IMG/VR virus record: IMGVR_UViG_3300011269_000001
Length of the DNA stretch: 64,000 bases
DNA from: a virus
Reading direction: 5' to 3' (one strand)
The position numbers and the translations under genes were made by a program. Shown here piece by piece: positions 38,151-47,758 of this stretch (the stretch's first letter is position 1; every line of letters starts with the position of its first letter). The notes under the pieces were generated by a model. The model had not been told where the DNA came from. It was given only the letters and a program-made list of their open reading frames with translations, and did no database searches.

Positions 38151-39032
38151 ATGAAAGCTGCCGCTTTTGCCCTGTCCCTGTTCTTGGCTTTTCCGACGCT
38201 AGCCCAGACGACTACCGAAACCCCCAAGCCGACTCCAGCCGAGCAAAAGAAAAAGGTCGAAGAGACCAAGAAAAAGGTTGAAGAGGCCAAAGAGAAGGCC
38301 GACGAAGCCTCTCGCCAGGCTGCCAAGGCTCAGAAAGAGCTTGACGAAGCCTCCAAGAAAGATGACTCCTTCCCGGAGAAAGTCACCCTGGAAATCGAAG
38401 ACATCGACGACAGCACCGCCGGTCCCTTCATCGACAAGATTGAGGAAATCAAAAAGGGTGGGACCACGAAGGAACTCTGGATTCGCATCCACAGCTTTGG
38501 CGGGGTCATCGACAGCGGCGAGAAGATGATTGATGCCATCGAGAATGCCGGCATCCCGACTGTCTGTGTGGCGGACCACAAGGCCATGTCCATGGCATTT
38601 TACATCCTCCAGGCCTGTGACCGGAGATTGATGACCAAGCGCACCGTGCTCATGATTCACGAACCCGCGGGCGGAGCCCGGGGCAATGCGACCCAGATGG
38701 GGATGATTGCTGACTACCTGACCAAGACCCACCGAGCTATCCTGGAAATGGCAGCCCGGAAAATGGACCTGAGCGTCGACCAGATTATCGCCAAAGCTGG
38801 CCCGACGGCATGGTTCCTGACCTGGCAAGAAGCTGTTGACCACAAGGCCGTCGACGGTACCGTTGATAGCCGGGAAATTCCTCCGACCCTGAAGGTCGAG
38901 GCCAAGATGGACTTCCTCCGCATGCTTTTCGGATTCAAATCCTGCATGGACAAGAACGGGGAAATGACCTGTAAGGAAAATCCAAGACCAGGGGTATCTG
39001 ACCCGAAGTTTTACATACAGGAACAGAGGTAA
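38151..39032 (+). CDS. ClpP-family serine protease with N-terminal signal peptide
   Basis: IRIHSFGG.I..G, AMSMA (Ser), LMIHEP (His), WFLT.QEAV...VD; MKAAAFALSLFLAFPTLA signal sequence and coiled coil. Confidence 0.8.
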   Translation: MKAAAFALSLFLAFPTLAQTTTETPKPTPAEQKKKVEETKKKVEEAKEKADEASRQAAKAQKELDEASKKDDSFPEKVTLEIEDIDDSTAGPFIDKIEEIKKGGTTKELWIRIHSFGGVIDSGEKMIDAIENAGIPTVCVADHKAMSMAFYILQACDRRLMTKRTVLMIHEPAGGARGNATQMGMIADYLTKTHRAILEMAARKMDLSVDQIIAKAGPTAWFLTWQEAVDHKAVDGTVDSREIPPTLKVEAKMDFLRMLFGFKSCMDKNGEMTCKENPRPGVSDPKFYIQEQR

Positions 39033-39040
39033 AAATCCCA

Positions 39041-39337
39041 ATGAAAAATCTCATCGCGGCGCTACTGACCGTCGCTAGCCTCAGCATCGGCTGTCACAAG
39101 ACCTCGGCCAGACACGAATTCACCATGGAAGATGCCTGCCGGAAGTTCTACCGGCTCAACGAGTCCAGTCTCAACCTTCACCGGCACATTTCGCTTGAAC
39201 AGTATTTGCCAATCTGCATGGAGTACTCTGAAGAAGCCAAAAGACAATTGCCGCCTGAGGAATGGAAACGGCAGTTGGTCTGCGTTGAGAAGGGCGATAA
39301 TCAACTCGACATCGCGGTGTGCATCAACGGGAAGTAA
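39041..39337 (+). CDS. Putative lipoprotein
   Basis: MKNLIAALLTVASLSIGC lipobox-like sequence. Confidence 0.6.
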   Translation: MKNLIAALLTVASLSIGCHKTSARHEFTMEDACRKFYRLNESSLNLHRHISLEQYLPICMEYSEEAKRQLPPEEWKRQLVCVEKGDNQLDIAVCINGK

Positions 39338-39408
39338 TCTTCTTCTCTGATGAACTCACGTCTTCCAAGGCTGCACCCTAGTCCGCGACCATAATCGGTC
39401 GCCAATCC

Positions 39409-39480
39409 CTAGGTGTACGTCAATGGTAGACTACCGGCGTCGGAAGCCGGAGGCTTTGGGTTCGAGTCCCAACACCTAGA
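39409..39480 (+). tRNA. tRNA-Pro(CGG)
   Basis: CTAGGTG/CACCTAG-A acceptor, CCGGC-GTCGGAA-GCCGG anticodon arm, TTGGG-TTCGAGT-CCCAA T-arm. Confidence 0.88.
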
Positions 39481-39697
39481 ATTCCCGTTGTAGATTGACA
39501 CCAGTAAAGTGTAGATTTCCCACCTTTTGATGTATCAATCTACATTAGTCCAACTCACTAACCTAAGGAGTTGGACTATGTACAAAAGACCGTGTCGGCG
39601 ATGCCAGGGCAAGAGATTCTGTGAACTGCGTTATATTGGGATGTTCCCGCGGGGAATTTACTGCGACCGTTGCTGGCGGCAGCAATCTAAAGTGTCT

Positions 39698-39766
39698 GGG
39701 CTGAGTACTGGGGTACAGAAACGCCTTGCAAGCGATTCGCGCTGGGTTCAATTCCCAGTCGGTCCA
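39698..39766 (+). tRNA. tRNA-Ala(TGC) with reduced D-arm
   Basis: GGGCTGA/TCGGTCC-A acceptor with G3-U70, CGC-CTTGCAA-GCG anticodon arm, CTGGG-TTCAATT-CCCAG T-arm; 69 nt. Confidence 0.75.
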
Positions 39767-40215
39767 CTCGGAGGTGAGTTGAAGGCCTGGTACCGGGTCC
39801 CGAACTCAAGGTCCGCGGCGTAGTATCCCTTTTCCCACCAATGGTCGTGGTCGGTTGAAATCCCCGCTTCCAGGTGATGGAGCAACTCGTGCAGCAAGGC
39901 GCTGCCGGTATTGTTCAGCTCTATCTTGTTCTGCAGATAAGCGCCGACAGCCACAACCGGACCTCGCGAAGTATTGGCGTACCACGAATAGTCGGTTCGG
40001 ACGTGGATGCTAACCCCGGAGAATACTGGACAGAACTTCTCTCGGGGCAGGATGTGCCGACGGTCCAGAATCTCCCGGGCCAAGTCGAAGTCAAAGTCGA
40101 TGGCGGACTGGGGAATAGGGAACTCGGATTTGATGAGATTAACGCAGGGGCTAATCCGGAGGTACTTTGTCGGGACGCAACTAACCAGTAGGAGGAAGGC
40201 TAGGAGGAGTCTCAT
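39748..40215 (-). CDS. Putative lipoprotein with HExxH metallopeptidase motif
   Basis: MRLLLAFLLLVSC lipobox; ALLHELLHHLE. Confidence 0.6.
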   Translation of the reverse strand: MRLLLAFLLLVSCVPTKYLRISPCVNLIKSEFPIPQSAIDFDFDLAREILDRRHILPREKFCPVFSGVSIHVRTDYSWYANTSRGPVVAVGAYLQNKIELNNTGSALLHELLHHLEAGISTDHDHWWEKGYYAADLEFGTRYQAFNSPPSGPTGN

Positions 40216-40519
40216 CTGGGATTCCTTGCTGATTTGAGTCGACTATGCTGGGGACAACACGCAAGTTCGGTCTACTTTCTTTGTAGACGTAGGTCTCGTG
40301 TTGGCAGAAGTTGGCGATTTGCCGCAGGCAGGTTTCCTCGAAGACCGTGCCAGCGTTCGGGAAAAAGGCATACCGGCGCCAAGCCCCGAACCACTTGACC
40401 TGGCCAAGGGTGAAACCACCGGCCTGCAGGGGGTCCACGTTCCAGATTTCAGTCTTCCTGCCGAGGGGTTTATTCAGCTTCTGGAAGTGTATGAACGGTC
40501 CTTCGTTTTTAGTGTTCAT
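40181..40519 (-). CDS. Hypothetical phage protein
   Basis: KTEIWNV...LGQVKWFGAWRRYAFFP...F...CL..IA.F pattern. Confidence 0.55.
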   Translation of the reverse strand: MNTKNEGPFIHFQKLNKPLGRKTEIWNVDPLQAGGFTLGQVKWFGAWRRYAFFPNAGTVFEETCLRQIANFCQHETYVYKESRPNLRVVPSIVDSNQQGIPDETPPSLPPTG

Positions 40520-40881
40520 CGGTTTAGCTTTTCCCTTTGATGGCAGGCATTTCGGTCCACACAGACTCGCTTTAAGCCACCATGGTGGTCCCCTTTAGTG
40601 ACCAAGTCCACCGGCACCTGGGGCAGCTGGCAGTCTTCGCACTTCCAAAAGCCACAGTGTTCTTCTTTGGTGGTTTGCTTTTCGATGATGTGAACCTTCA
40701 ATCCAGACTCTCTCAAAGCCTTGAGCCGATAGGTCTGTTCGCTAGGGGGCGGGCGGGCGTCGAAGTATGTTACCTCGACCTCGATGCCATGCACCGCCAA
40801 GACCTGCTCGAAGAGTTGAACCAAGGTTGACTTGCCGCTGGCGGTTACGCCCCGAATCTCGACGACAATTTCATTTTCCAT
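40516..40881 (-). CDS. Small P-loop-containing hypothetical protein
   Basis: GVTASGKST. Confidence 0.5.
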   Translation of the reverse strand: MENEIVVEIRGVTASGKSTLVQLFEQVLAVHGIEVEVTYFDARPPPSEQTYRLKALRESGLKVHIIEKQTTKEEHCGFWKCEDCQLPQVPVDLVTKGDHHGGLKRVCVDRNACHQREKLNR

Positions 40882-40913
40882 TAGTGTCCACCAAGGGTTT
40901 GAAAGAATATCTT

Positions 40914-41240
40914 TTAGGCATTGTCGAAATCCAAAGACACCAGCCTAAGTACCACGTAGTTGTACGCGTTCTGGACCACTTTTTCAACCGCCGCTTGTTC
41001 ATCAGGACTGTACGAAATCTCGCAGGCTACGTCCATGATGTCATCGTCGTCGACGGCGTCATGGGCCTTGGCTTCGCAACAAAAACTTGTATGCCCAGTA
41101 CGTAGTCTTTCGACCGTGAATCTGCCCCCGGCTTTGATGACAGCCATGGCCTTGTCAAAAAGTTCCTGCGAATCTGTCGTATGGCTTACGCTTATCTGAA
41201 GCCCGCGCGGGGGCACGAATCTGGTGAATGGGATTTCCAT
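40914..41240 (-). CDS. Hypothetical protein
   Basis: GGAG RBS before ATG 41240 (MEIPFTRF). Confidence 0.5.
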   Translation of the reverse strand: MEIPFTRFVPPRGLQISVSHTTDSQELFDKAMAVIKAGGRFTVERLRTGHTSFCCEAKAHDAVDDDDIMDVACEISYSPDEQAAVEKVVQNAYNYVVLRLVSLDFDNA

Positions 41241-41385
41241 AGCTACTCCGAGTGTCGGGTTTCGGTGACGGTGACAGTCTTCAGGCGTCGTAGCCACTGG
41301 AAAAATCGAACCACCCATAATACCGCTAGTCCGCTCCAGAAGACTGCTACTACACCCCAAAGGACCCAGAGAAGCTTATAGTTCG

Positions 41386-41703
41386 TCATGAATCTTCCTG
41401 GCGAAATACGTTCCCGGTCTTCTTCAGCTGTTTCTCTTCATACGGGGCGACCACGACCCGGTAGAACTCTGCGCTGACGTTCTGCAGGACCCCGGTGACC
41501 AGGGCAATCATCCAGTACCGGGTCGGGATGAGCATGATTTCGTTCACCAGCCGGCTGATGGAGTAATTCAGGTCCCCGGCGACGAGGCCATGCTCCCGCT
41601 GGTGCGAGGCCAGACCAGTGCCTTCGTACTTGATTAGGTTCGCCAGTTCACTGATGTGAAGGTCCAGCCGGGCTCTTCGTTTTTGGTCAACGTAAGGCAT
41701 CAA
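41386..41703 (-). CDS. Conserved-looking phage hypothetical protein
   Basis: MPYV...GDLNY.I...EFYR....PYE..K...G.V pattern. Confidence 0.6.
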   Translation of the reverse strand: MMPYVDQKRRARLDLHISELANLIKYEGTGLASHQREHGLVAGDLNYSISRLVNEIMLIPTRYWMIALVTGVLQNVSAEFYRVVVAPYEEKQLKKTGNVFRQEDS

Positions 41704-42932
41704 TCCTCCTCGGGCGGTTCAGACATGCTGAATCCGGCTGCGTGGCGCTTGATGACCGGTGGCGTCCAGCCATCGTCCCGAGCCAGGCTATAGACCTCGG
41801 CCAGGGTGACGCCATTTTTGAAAATACTTTGCTCTGACATCGTGGGGCTGATGATGCCACGGAGGCTGAGACTTATCATGTCTCTAAATGGGCTCTTTCC
41901 GGTCAGGCGGTGGTAAATCTCCCCAGCTCTCTGAGCGCTTAGGCCCTCGACCTTGGTAACAACGCTGAGCCTGCCCGGGCGGAGGATAGCCTCATCCAGG
42001 TCCTGTCGCTTGGCGTTTGTCGTGGCCACGATGCGGATGTCCAGGAGCGAGCCGAGGATGCCGTCGCCGAAGTTCAACATGTTCGTGATGCTGTCCATGT
42101 TATCAGCTGCCCGCGGGGCCAGGACTTCATCAGCGTCTTCGACGATGAAGACTATCGGGACTTCTGGACTTCCCTTCTTCTTGAGCTTGAGCAGGGCCGG
42201 GATTGTACCCGGCTGGGCCAGACGAGCAATCAGGTTCGCCGGCACAATGACGAAAGTGGCGTCTTTGATTTCATCCAGTAGACCCCGGATAAGGTACGTC
42301 TTCCCGGTACCAGGGGGTCCGTCGAAGATGGCGATTCTGCCGGCCGGCGTCCGGGCCCTGATGTCAGCCACAACCCGGTCATAATCGGCGATGGTCTGGG
42401 GCATGTAATTGCCACGCTCCAGGGGAATGCCGGCGATGCCCATGGACGTGAAGCCAGGACCCTCCCGGGTCTCAATGACCACGTGCACGCGGCCCGGAGG
42501 CGGAGCATCGGAGAGATATGTTTTGAAGAAGTTGATGAACAGGTCTGCGTATTCTCGGTCGTTAGTGACAACTTCTGCGGTCACGTGGATGTCGCCGTCA
42601 AACATCAGGGTCACGGCGCCACGGGCAAAAGAGTAGAAAACCCTCAGCTCCTGGCCGCCGCGGACCGAGATATCATCGGTGATGAGCGTTAGCTTCCGGG
42701 GGCCTTCATGGTGCTCTTGTCTGCTTTCAAAGGCCACGCGAAGTTCATCGAAACCTGGACCGGTGAGATTACCTTCGACTTGAACTCGCATCTTTGCCGG
42801 GGCACCGACCAGAGCCTGCTGCGCCAGAGCCTGCTCAACCCAGCTGAGGTCCATGTAGCCATCACCGAGGGGTACGATGACGCCGGCTTCCCACCAATTC
42901 ATAGTCGGGGTGATGTCAGCAATTTTCATCAT
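41700..42932 (-). CDS. AAA+ ATPase (BCS1-like)
   Basis: Walker A DGPPGTGKT, Walker B IVEDAD, LNFGDG, ATTN, AILRPGRL; start moved downstream of the tRNA. Confidence 0.88.
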   Translation of the reverse strand: MMKIADITPTMNWWEAGVIVPLGDGYMDLSWVEQALAQQALVGAPAKMRVQVEGNLTGPGFDELRVAFESRQEHHEGPRKLTLITDDISVRGGQELRVFYSFARGAVTLMFDGDIHVTAEVVTNDREYADLFINFFKTYLSDAPPPGRVHVVIETREGPGFTSMGIAGIPLERGNYMPQTIADYDRVVADIRARTPAGRIAIFDGPPGTGKTYLIRGLLDEIKDATFVIVPANLIARLAQPGTIPALLKLKKKGSPEVPIVFIVEDADEVLAPRAADNMDSITNMLNFGDGILGSLLDIRIVATTNAKRQDLDEAILRPGRLSVVTKVEGLSAQRAGEIYHRLTGKSPFRDMISLSLRGIISPTMSEQSIFKNGVTLAEVYSLARDDGWTPPVIKRHAAGFSMSEPPEED

Positions 42933-43058
42933 GGAACACTCCTGTGGAATATGGTCGTTTATCGGATATGCCAGGTCCCAGGGTCGGATGTCCCGCACCT
43001 GCCGCCGGAAGGTGCCCTGAGATGTTGACTTGTAAGGTGGGGGTGAACAACTCATCGT

Positions 43059-43130
43059 TGACCTCACTCGGATTCGAACCGAGGTTACCGGCTTGAAAGA
43101 CCAGCGTCCTAACCGCTAGACGATGAGGCC
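43059..43130 (-). tRNA. tRNA-Glu(TTC)
   Basis: GGCCTCA/TGAGGTC acceptor, CTGGT-CTTTCAA-GCCGG anticodon arm, CTCGG-TTCGAAT-CCGAG T-arm. Confidence 0.92.
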
Positions 43131-43139
43131 ATTTTATCA

Positions 43140-43562
43140 TCATGCGTACTGTTCCGTAAGCTCAACGTTTCTCAGCTCTTCCCCGGTCCGGGCAAATTTT
43201 TCTTCAAGCTCGGATAGCTCTTTCCGGAGTCGAATTTCTTTTTCCTGGAAAGTCTTCAGAAGAGCTTGGAGGGCTTCCTTTCGGGTCTTGAAATGACGGT
43301 CGTTCCACCAGTCAAACTCAAGCAGTGCACGCCAACCCTCGTCTGAACGCCCAGTGGCCCTACCATCATGGTGAATCATCCACTCGTTGACAATGTCTAC
43401 TCCGGCAACAGGGTCTTCAGGATAAAGTTCTCTCCAGGTAGTGTTTTTGTGGTAGACGGCAAGGCCTTCCTCGACTCTGCCAAAGTAAGGTTCAACCTTG
43501 AACCACCGGACCTCGTAGCGGTCAATCGGCTCGATGGGAATCTCAAAGGGCGGTGGCGTCAT
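43140..43562 (-). CDS. Hypothetical protein
   Basis: GGAG RBS before ATG 43562. Confidence 0.45.
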   Translation of the reverse strand: MTPPPFEIPIEPIDRYEVRWFKVEPYFGRVEEGLAVYHKNTTWRELYPEDPVAGVDIVNEWMIHHDGRATGRSDEGWRALLEFDWWNDRHFKTRKEALQALLKTFQEKEIRLRKELSELEEKFARTGEELRNVELTEQYA

Positions 43563-43573
43563 TGTTCTGGCTC

Positions 43574-43951
43574 CTATTTTGAGCAAGTATACTTGTATAG
43601 CAAACCGATTTCAAGCGGGGACGCGTTGCTTTTTAATTGGTTTGCTCGCCATGAAATGACTCGAACGTTTCCTTTTACGTAACCCTTGGTGTTGTCGATT
43701 CTATCAACTGATGGAGTGGAATCCGAACGCTTACCACCAAGTTTACTTAATTTGATGTGTGGAAAGACTGGGCAAAATTCTGGAATGACGATGTCGTCTA
43801 AGTCTATAGAAAATTCTCGACCCTGTTTCTGGGCGCTATTTCGAGCGCCGACATACATGCACATTTCGGGGTGAGCTTGTCGCCACCTTTGTGTAATCAT
43901 ACGTGCTTCTTGAGGATGGTCTCTTCTCCACTTTGTTGCGCTACTTTTCAT
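43574..43951 (-). CDS. HNH-like (beta-beta-alpha-Me) endonuclease
   Basis: IPEFCPVF...PSVDRIDNTKGYVKGNVRVISWRANQLK. Confidence 0.8.
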   Translation of the reverse strand: MKSSATKWRRDHPQEARMITQRWRQAHPEMCMYVGARNSAQKQGREFSIDLDDIVIPEFCPVFPHIKLSKLGGKRSDSTPSVDRIDNTKGYVKGNVRVISWRANQLKSNASPLEIGLLYKYTCSK

Positions 43952-44205
43952 TGTTCTGGCTCCCAGCTGTCAGGGTCTTCTTCGGACCTGATTCTTACGA
44001 TGAGGTCGGCGATTGTCACCACAACCCAGGTTCTGTTCATAGGCATTTGCTTCCCGGTCTCAAGGCTTATCATTCCGGCTTCCATCATGGCCCGGAACTC
44101 TTCCCGGGATAAATTTATTGTAAAGTCCTCGGGAAGCTTGGCGCCCCGCTCCAGGCAGCGAATCAGTTCATCCTCGATGGCGTCAAAGATGGGATTTTGG
44201 GACAT
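43948..44205 (-). CDS. Hypothetical protein
   Basis: Coupled to the HNH gene. Confidence 0.45.
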   Translation of the reverse strand: MSQNPIFDAIEDELIRCLERGAKLPEDFTINLSREEFRAMMEAGMISLETGKQMPMNRTWVVVTIADLIVRIRSEEDPDSWEPEQ

Positions 44206-44598
44206 TTCAGAGCAATGTTACCACAGACTCAGGAGCGCAGTCGGGCCAATGCTGGCGTCGGTGATTATTTATTTTCCAGACCGTGCGGGTGGCACGCTGC
44301 TCCGTGCGAGCCCTGTTCATTTTGACCCAGAGTTGCCAGCACCGGGGACAGCCGGGCTTGAAACCAAAAGTCGTGGCCAGTCTCTTCCATTCGCCTTTAG
44401 TCATTCCTGTGCCGGTTCATGGAGGTCCAATTACTTTCCGATGTCGTAGTTCTGGATGTGCGACGCGCTGATGTTTGTTCAACTTCTCGAAGAGTCTACG
44501 AAGTACTACTCGAAAACTTTGGACCCCTAAAAACGGCGAGGTCATGGTACGGATTCCCTTGATTCGGTCCATCAGGTCCTGGCAACGCTGACACTGCA

Positions 44599-44925
44599 TC
44601 AGTCTATATTGACGAAAACGAGGGGTGGCGCCTTCTCTTCAAGGTTACTGCCTAAACCCAGGACTCTGAGACTGTAGACACTGTTTTGGGTCTTAAACTC
44701 GTATCGGACCCATTGGTCTTTCCCGGACACCGTTGCTTCAAGCCTGTTCACTTCTTGGACTTCGGAAGTTGTCACCACCCGGAGCGTAGCTTCTGGATTC
44801 AACGGCTTGGCGTACATGTGGAACGTTCTTCCAACTTCAGGCGGATAGTAATAAGTTCCCTCGACTTCGGGTGTCCGGAGAGCGCTGGGGTTCTTGCCGT
44901 CAAGGCGCTTGAGGATGCCTGTCAT
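44599..44925 (-). CDS. Hypothetical protein
   Basis: Start at MTGILKRL (GGAG RBS); TTSEV...FKTQNSVYSL motif. Confidence 0.5.
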   Translation of the reverse strand: MTGILKRLDGKNPSALRTPEVEGTYYYPPEVGRTFHMYAKPLNPEATLRVVTTSEVQEVNRLEATVSGKDQWVRYEFKTQNSVYSLRVLGLGSNLEEKAPPLVFVNID

Positions 44926-45166
44926 ATTTTTCTCCAGACATTTGAAAGAGCGAGCAGGACCAAGAAAGTGTATAGCGTCAAAAACCAGAAAAACTGAGGA
45001 TGATTCGGACTGAAGGCGGCCGACTGCCATATCCTTTGCATCAAGGTCAATGGCTTCGCTCGCGCAAACCCGGCCAAGACCAGGGCGTGGTCAAAAGAAC
45101 AGACCTCTGTCTCGAAGTCCCCACCGCTCATGGTTGCGGGCTTGCCGCAAATTCTGCAAGAAATGC

Positions 45167-45664
45167 TCATGATTTCTCCAAGAATTTTGTTCTGTTGAGT
45201 TGAGCGAATTCGCCAAAGGCCTGGACTGCGGCAAGATTGTACGCTCTAGCTGCAGTTAGTTCGGCGTCGAAACGGCCTAAGTATTCGAGGTATCCATCAA
45301 TCTGAATTTGAGCAAGCCACTTACGATTTGCTTTATCCCAGCAAACGCCTTTGAACTGACTGGATGTTCCTAAATGTTTACGTTGATTGCGTTGGTTCTG
45401 CTGGCGAGTAGCCATCCGCAAATTATCCTTGGTACAGTTTAATCCATTTCCGTCTCGATGGTCAACTTCTGGGTCGCCGGGCCCTAGGCCAAGAACTTCT
45501 CGGTGAAGAGGAAAACGAGTCTGTTTACCGTGATATTTAACACTGCGCACCGCATAGCCAGTTCGACGATTGCGTTGAAAACTCCATTTGTATTGGTTGA
45601 CCCAATTAAAATCCTCATCGTCAATGATGGCTACCTGCCCCTGGCTCAATGGGATTGTTTTCAT
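45167..45664 (-). CDS. HNH-AP2 homing endonuclease
   Basis: VDHRDGNGLNCTKDNLRMATRQQNQRN (HNH) plus SQFKGVCWDK..KWLAQI...LGRF....AARAYN (AP2). Confidence 0.9.
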   Translation of the reverse strand: MKTIPLSQGQVAIIDDEDFNWVNQYKWSFQRNRRTGYAVRSVKYHGKQTRFPLHREVLGLGPGDPEVDHRDGNGLNCTKDNLRMATRQQNQRNQRKHLGTSSQFKGVCWDKANRKWLAQIQIDGYLEYLGRFDAELTAARAYNLAAVQAFGEFAQLNRTKFLEKS

Positions 45665-45668
45665 GAAG

Positions 45669-46025
45669 CTATTTGGCAAGACTCTGCAGGATACGTTCAT
45701 GAGTTTCCTTCTCGGTGACGGCCCTGAGCACGGCGTCGTAGTCCTTGCCGTGGGCTAAGACCTGGTGTCGGTTGCCCTGGTCAATGGTCAAGATGACATC
45801 GCCTTCCGGGATACCAAACCATTCCGGGGCCTCGACGTCGTGTCGAATCTTCTTAAGGTTGTTCTTGTACCAGCGAGCCTTGGGGCCGAAAAGCTTCTTG
45901 GCCATCCGTGTGGCCTGACTCTTGTTAGTGGCCAAGGGCTCTTCACGCGGAATCTCGGCCTCAGCCGGGGCGACGATGCTCGACGTAGGCTGTTCAACTT
46001 CCGGGAGTTCGAGGAGTTTGTTCAT
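45669..46025 (-). CDS. Hypothetical protein
   Basis: Operon position. Confidence 0.45.
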   Translation of the reverse strand: MNKLLELPEVEQPTSSIVAPAEAEIPREEPLATNKSQATRMAKKLFGPKARWYKNNLKKIRHDVEAPEWFGIPEGDVILTIDQGNRHQVLAHGKDYDAVLRAVTEKETHERILQSLAK

Positions 46026-46143
46026 CGCAGGTACCTTCCGACTACACTCAGGAGAGCGAAGAAGATAATGAGTGTGACCAAGCTCACGAAAATGTTGAAG
46101 AGAATCTCCTTGAACAAAGCCCAGATTGTAAACAGGTACTTTT

Positions 46144-46686
46144 TCATTGTTTCACCAGTCGTTCGACTACAGCTTGAAAATCTGCCACCATTCTACTCTC
46201 TTCCCGGGGATTTCTCAAGGCGTAAGCAGGATGGAAGGTAGGCATCAAGGGGATGTCTCGCCATTGCTTCCAGTAGCCTCGGGTCCTGGTGATGGCTACG
46301 GCTTCCCCGAGGAGGGTTTCGGCGGCAAGCTTCCCGAGCGTCACGATGACCCGGGGTTGGATGATGCCAATCTGTGCCGCCAGAAACCCGGCGCAGGCAT
46401 TGACTTCGGCTGGCTCTGGGACTCGGTTCTTCGGCGGCCGGCACTTGACCACGTTGGCGATATACGGCTCCGGGGCGCCGACGTTTTTTAATATTTTCCT
46501 GAGCAACGCCCCCGACCGACCCACGAACGGCAAGCCCTGCAGGTCTTCCTCCGCTCCAGGCCCTTCACCGACAAGCATCAGTTCTGCGGTCTCTGGCCCC
46601 GAGCCGAAGACAATGTTGGTCCGGCCGGCGTGGAGCTTGCAGCGCTGGCAGTTGCCGAGGATGTTTCGAAGGTCGGTGAGATTCAT
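46144..46686 (-). CDS. Uracil-DNA glycosylase family 4
   Basis: CQRCKL, VGEGPG.EED..G.PFVG, NVVKCRPP.NR, TFHPAY.LR. Confidence 0.93.
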   Translation of the reverse strand: MNLTDLRNILGNCQRCKLHAGRTNIVFGSGPETAELMLVGEGPGAEEDLQGLPFVGRSGALLRKILKNVGAPEPYIANVVKCRPPKNRVPEPAEVNACAGFLAAQIGIIQPRVIVTLGKLAAETLLGEAVAITRTRGYWKQWRDIPLMPTFHPAYALRNPREESRMVADFQAVVERLVKQ

Positions 46687-46715
46687 CTACTAATCCGCTA
46701 CTAATTTCCTGGAAA

Positions 46716-47102
46716 TTAGGACTTCTTTCCCTTGGCTGCATCTTCCAGCATTTTCACGACTATTGCCGGCTTGAGGCCGGTGATTTTGGAAATCCTCTGG
46801 GTTGAGATGCCGCCTTGACGCATTCTCTCCACGAAGACCATTAACCAGTGGACCGCGGTCGGGATACGGAGGAATCGCTCCAGGTCGCCAACGGCGGCGC
46901 ATAGTTCTTCGAAAGCTTTCTTCTCAGCAAGCTTGACTTCCTCGTTCTCGCCTGGGGTCAACATTCGGTATTGAGCGTCTTTCCAGGTTCTATATGGTAC
47001 CCCAAAGGCCTCAATCTCTTGTGCGCTCAAGGACCCGTTCAAGAGCCGGAAGAAACACAACTCCAGGAAGTTGGTATGAATGGCTTTTATCCGTTTCCAC
47101 AT
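46716..47102 (-). CDS. Hypothetical protein, possible C-terminal HTH
   Basis: GISTQRISKITGL pattern. Confidence 0.4.
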   Translation of the reverse strand: MWKRIKAIHTNFLELCFFRLLNGSLSAQEIEAFGVPYRTWKDAQYRMLTPGENEEVKLAEKKAFEELCAAVGDLERFLRIPTAVHWLMVFVERMRQGGISTQRISKITGLKPAIVVKMLEDAAKGKKS

Positions 47103-47557
47103 AACGCTTTCTTCTTTCTTACAGCTGTCCTGGGACCGCAATGTTTGCAGATTTCTGCCTTGGCGTTGTGAGCTAACCTGTCACAAGCCTCATTGAAAGT
47201 ATCTCCGGAGTGGCCGGGAACCCAACGGGTCTTGGCATTAAGTAAGGCGGCGAAGGAACGGACCGCGGTGGCAAGGTGCAGGTTTTTCTTGATGCGGTTC
47301 GTGCCCGAGGCCGCACCGAGAACATACTCGCTATCGGATACCAATTCGACCTGTTCCTGGGGGTGCAGGCGCCGGAAGAGATAGGCAGCATTGAGACCTT
47401 CAAGGGCGGCCTTCAATTCCATGGCGTTGTTTGTCGTCTCCGGGTCACTGCCGTATCCACAGGTAATCGGGACCCTATCGTGGACGAGGTAATATGCCCA
47501 CCCACCAGGCTTCCCTCCACCAGCATGACTGCTGCCATCGGTATAGACCGATATCAT
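47087..47557 (-). CDS. rnhA: Ribonuclease HI
   Basis: YTDGSS, GGWA, TTNNAMEL, SDSEYV, WVPGHSG..NE.CD.LA. Confidence 0.93.
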   Translation of the reverse strand: MISVYTDGSSHAGGGKPGGWAYYLVHDRVPITCGYGSDPETTNNAMELKAALEGLNAAYLFRRLHPQEQVELVSDSEYVLGAASGTNRIKKNLHLATAVRSFAALLNAKTRWVPGHSGDTFNEACDRLAHNAKAEICKHCGPRTAVRKKKALCGNG

Positions 47558-47751
47558 AGACGAGCCTTGGCTACTTCTGGGAATTCCATTTCCCGGACGC
47601 GGCCCGGAAAGACGCGCCCGTCGAACTCAGCGTCGACAACGACTCCGCCGCAGTACTGGCACCAACGCACAACCGTATCCCCCTGGAAATAGCCACCGTA
47701 GGTACGGTAGATTTCGACCAGAGAATGTTCGCCACCCTTACAGGGTTTCAT
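47554..47751 (-). CDS. Small hypothetical protein
   Basis: VVRWCQYCG motif. Confidence 0.45.
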   Translation of the reverse strand: MKPCKGGEHSLVEIYRTYGGYFQGDTVVRWCQYCGGVVVDAEFDGRVFPGRVREMEFPEVAKARL

Positions 47752-47758
47752 AGGGCGC

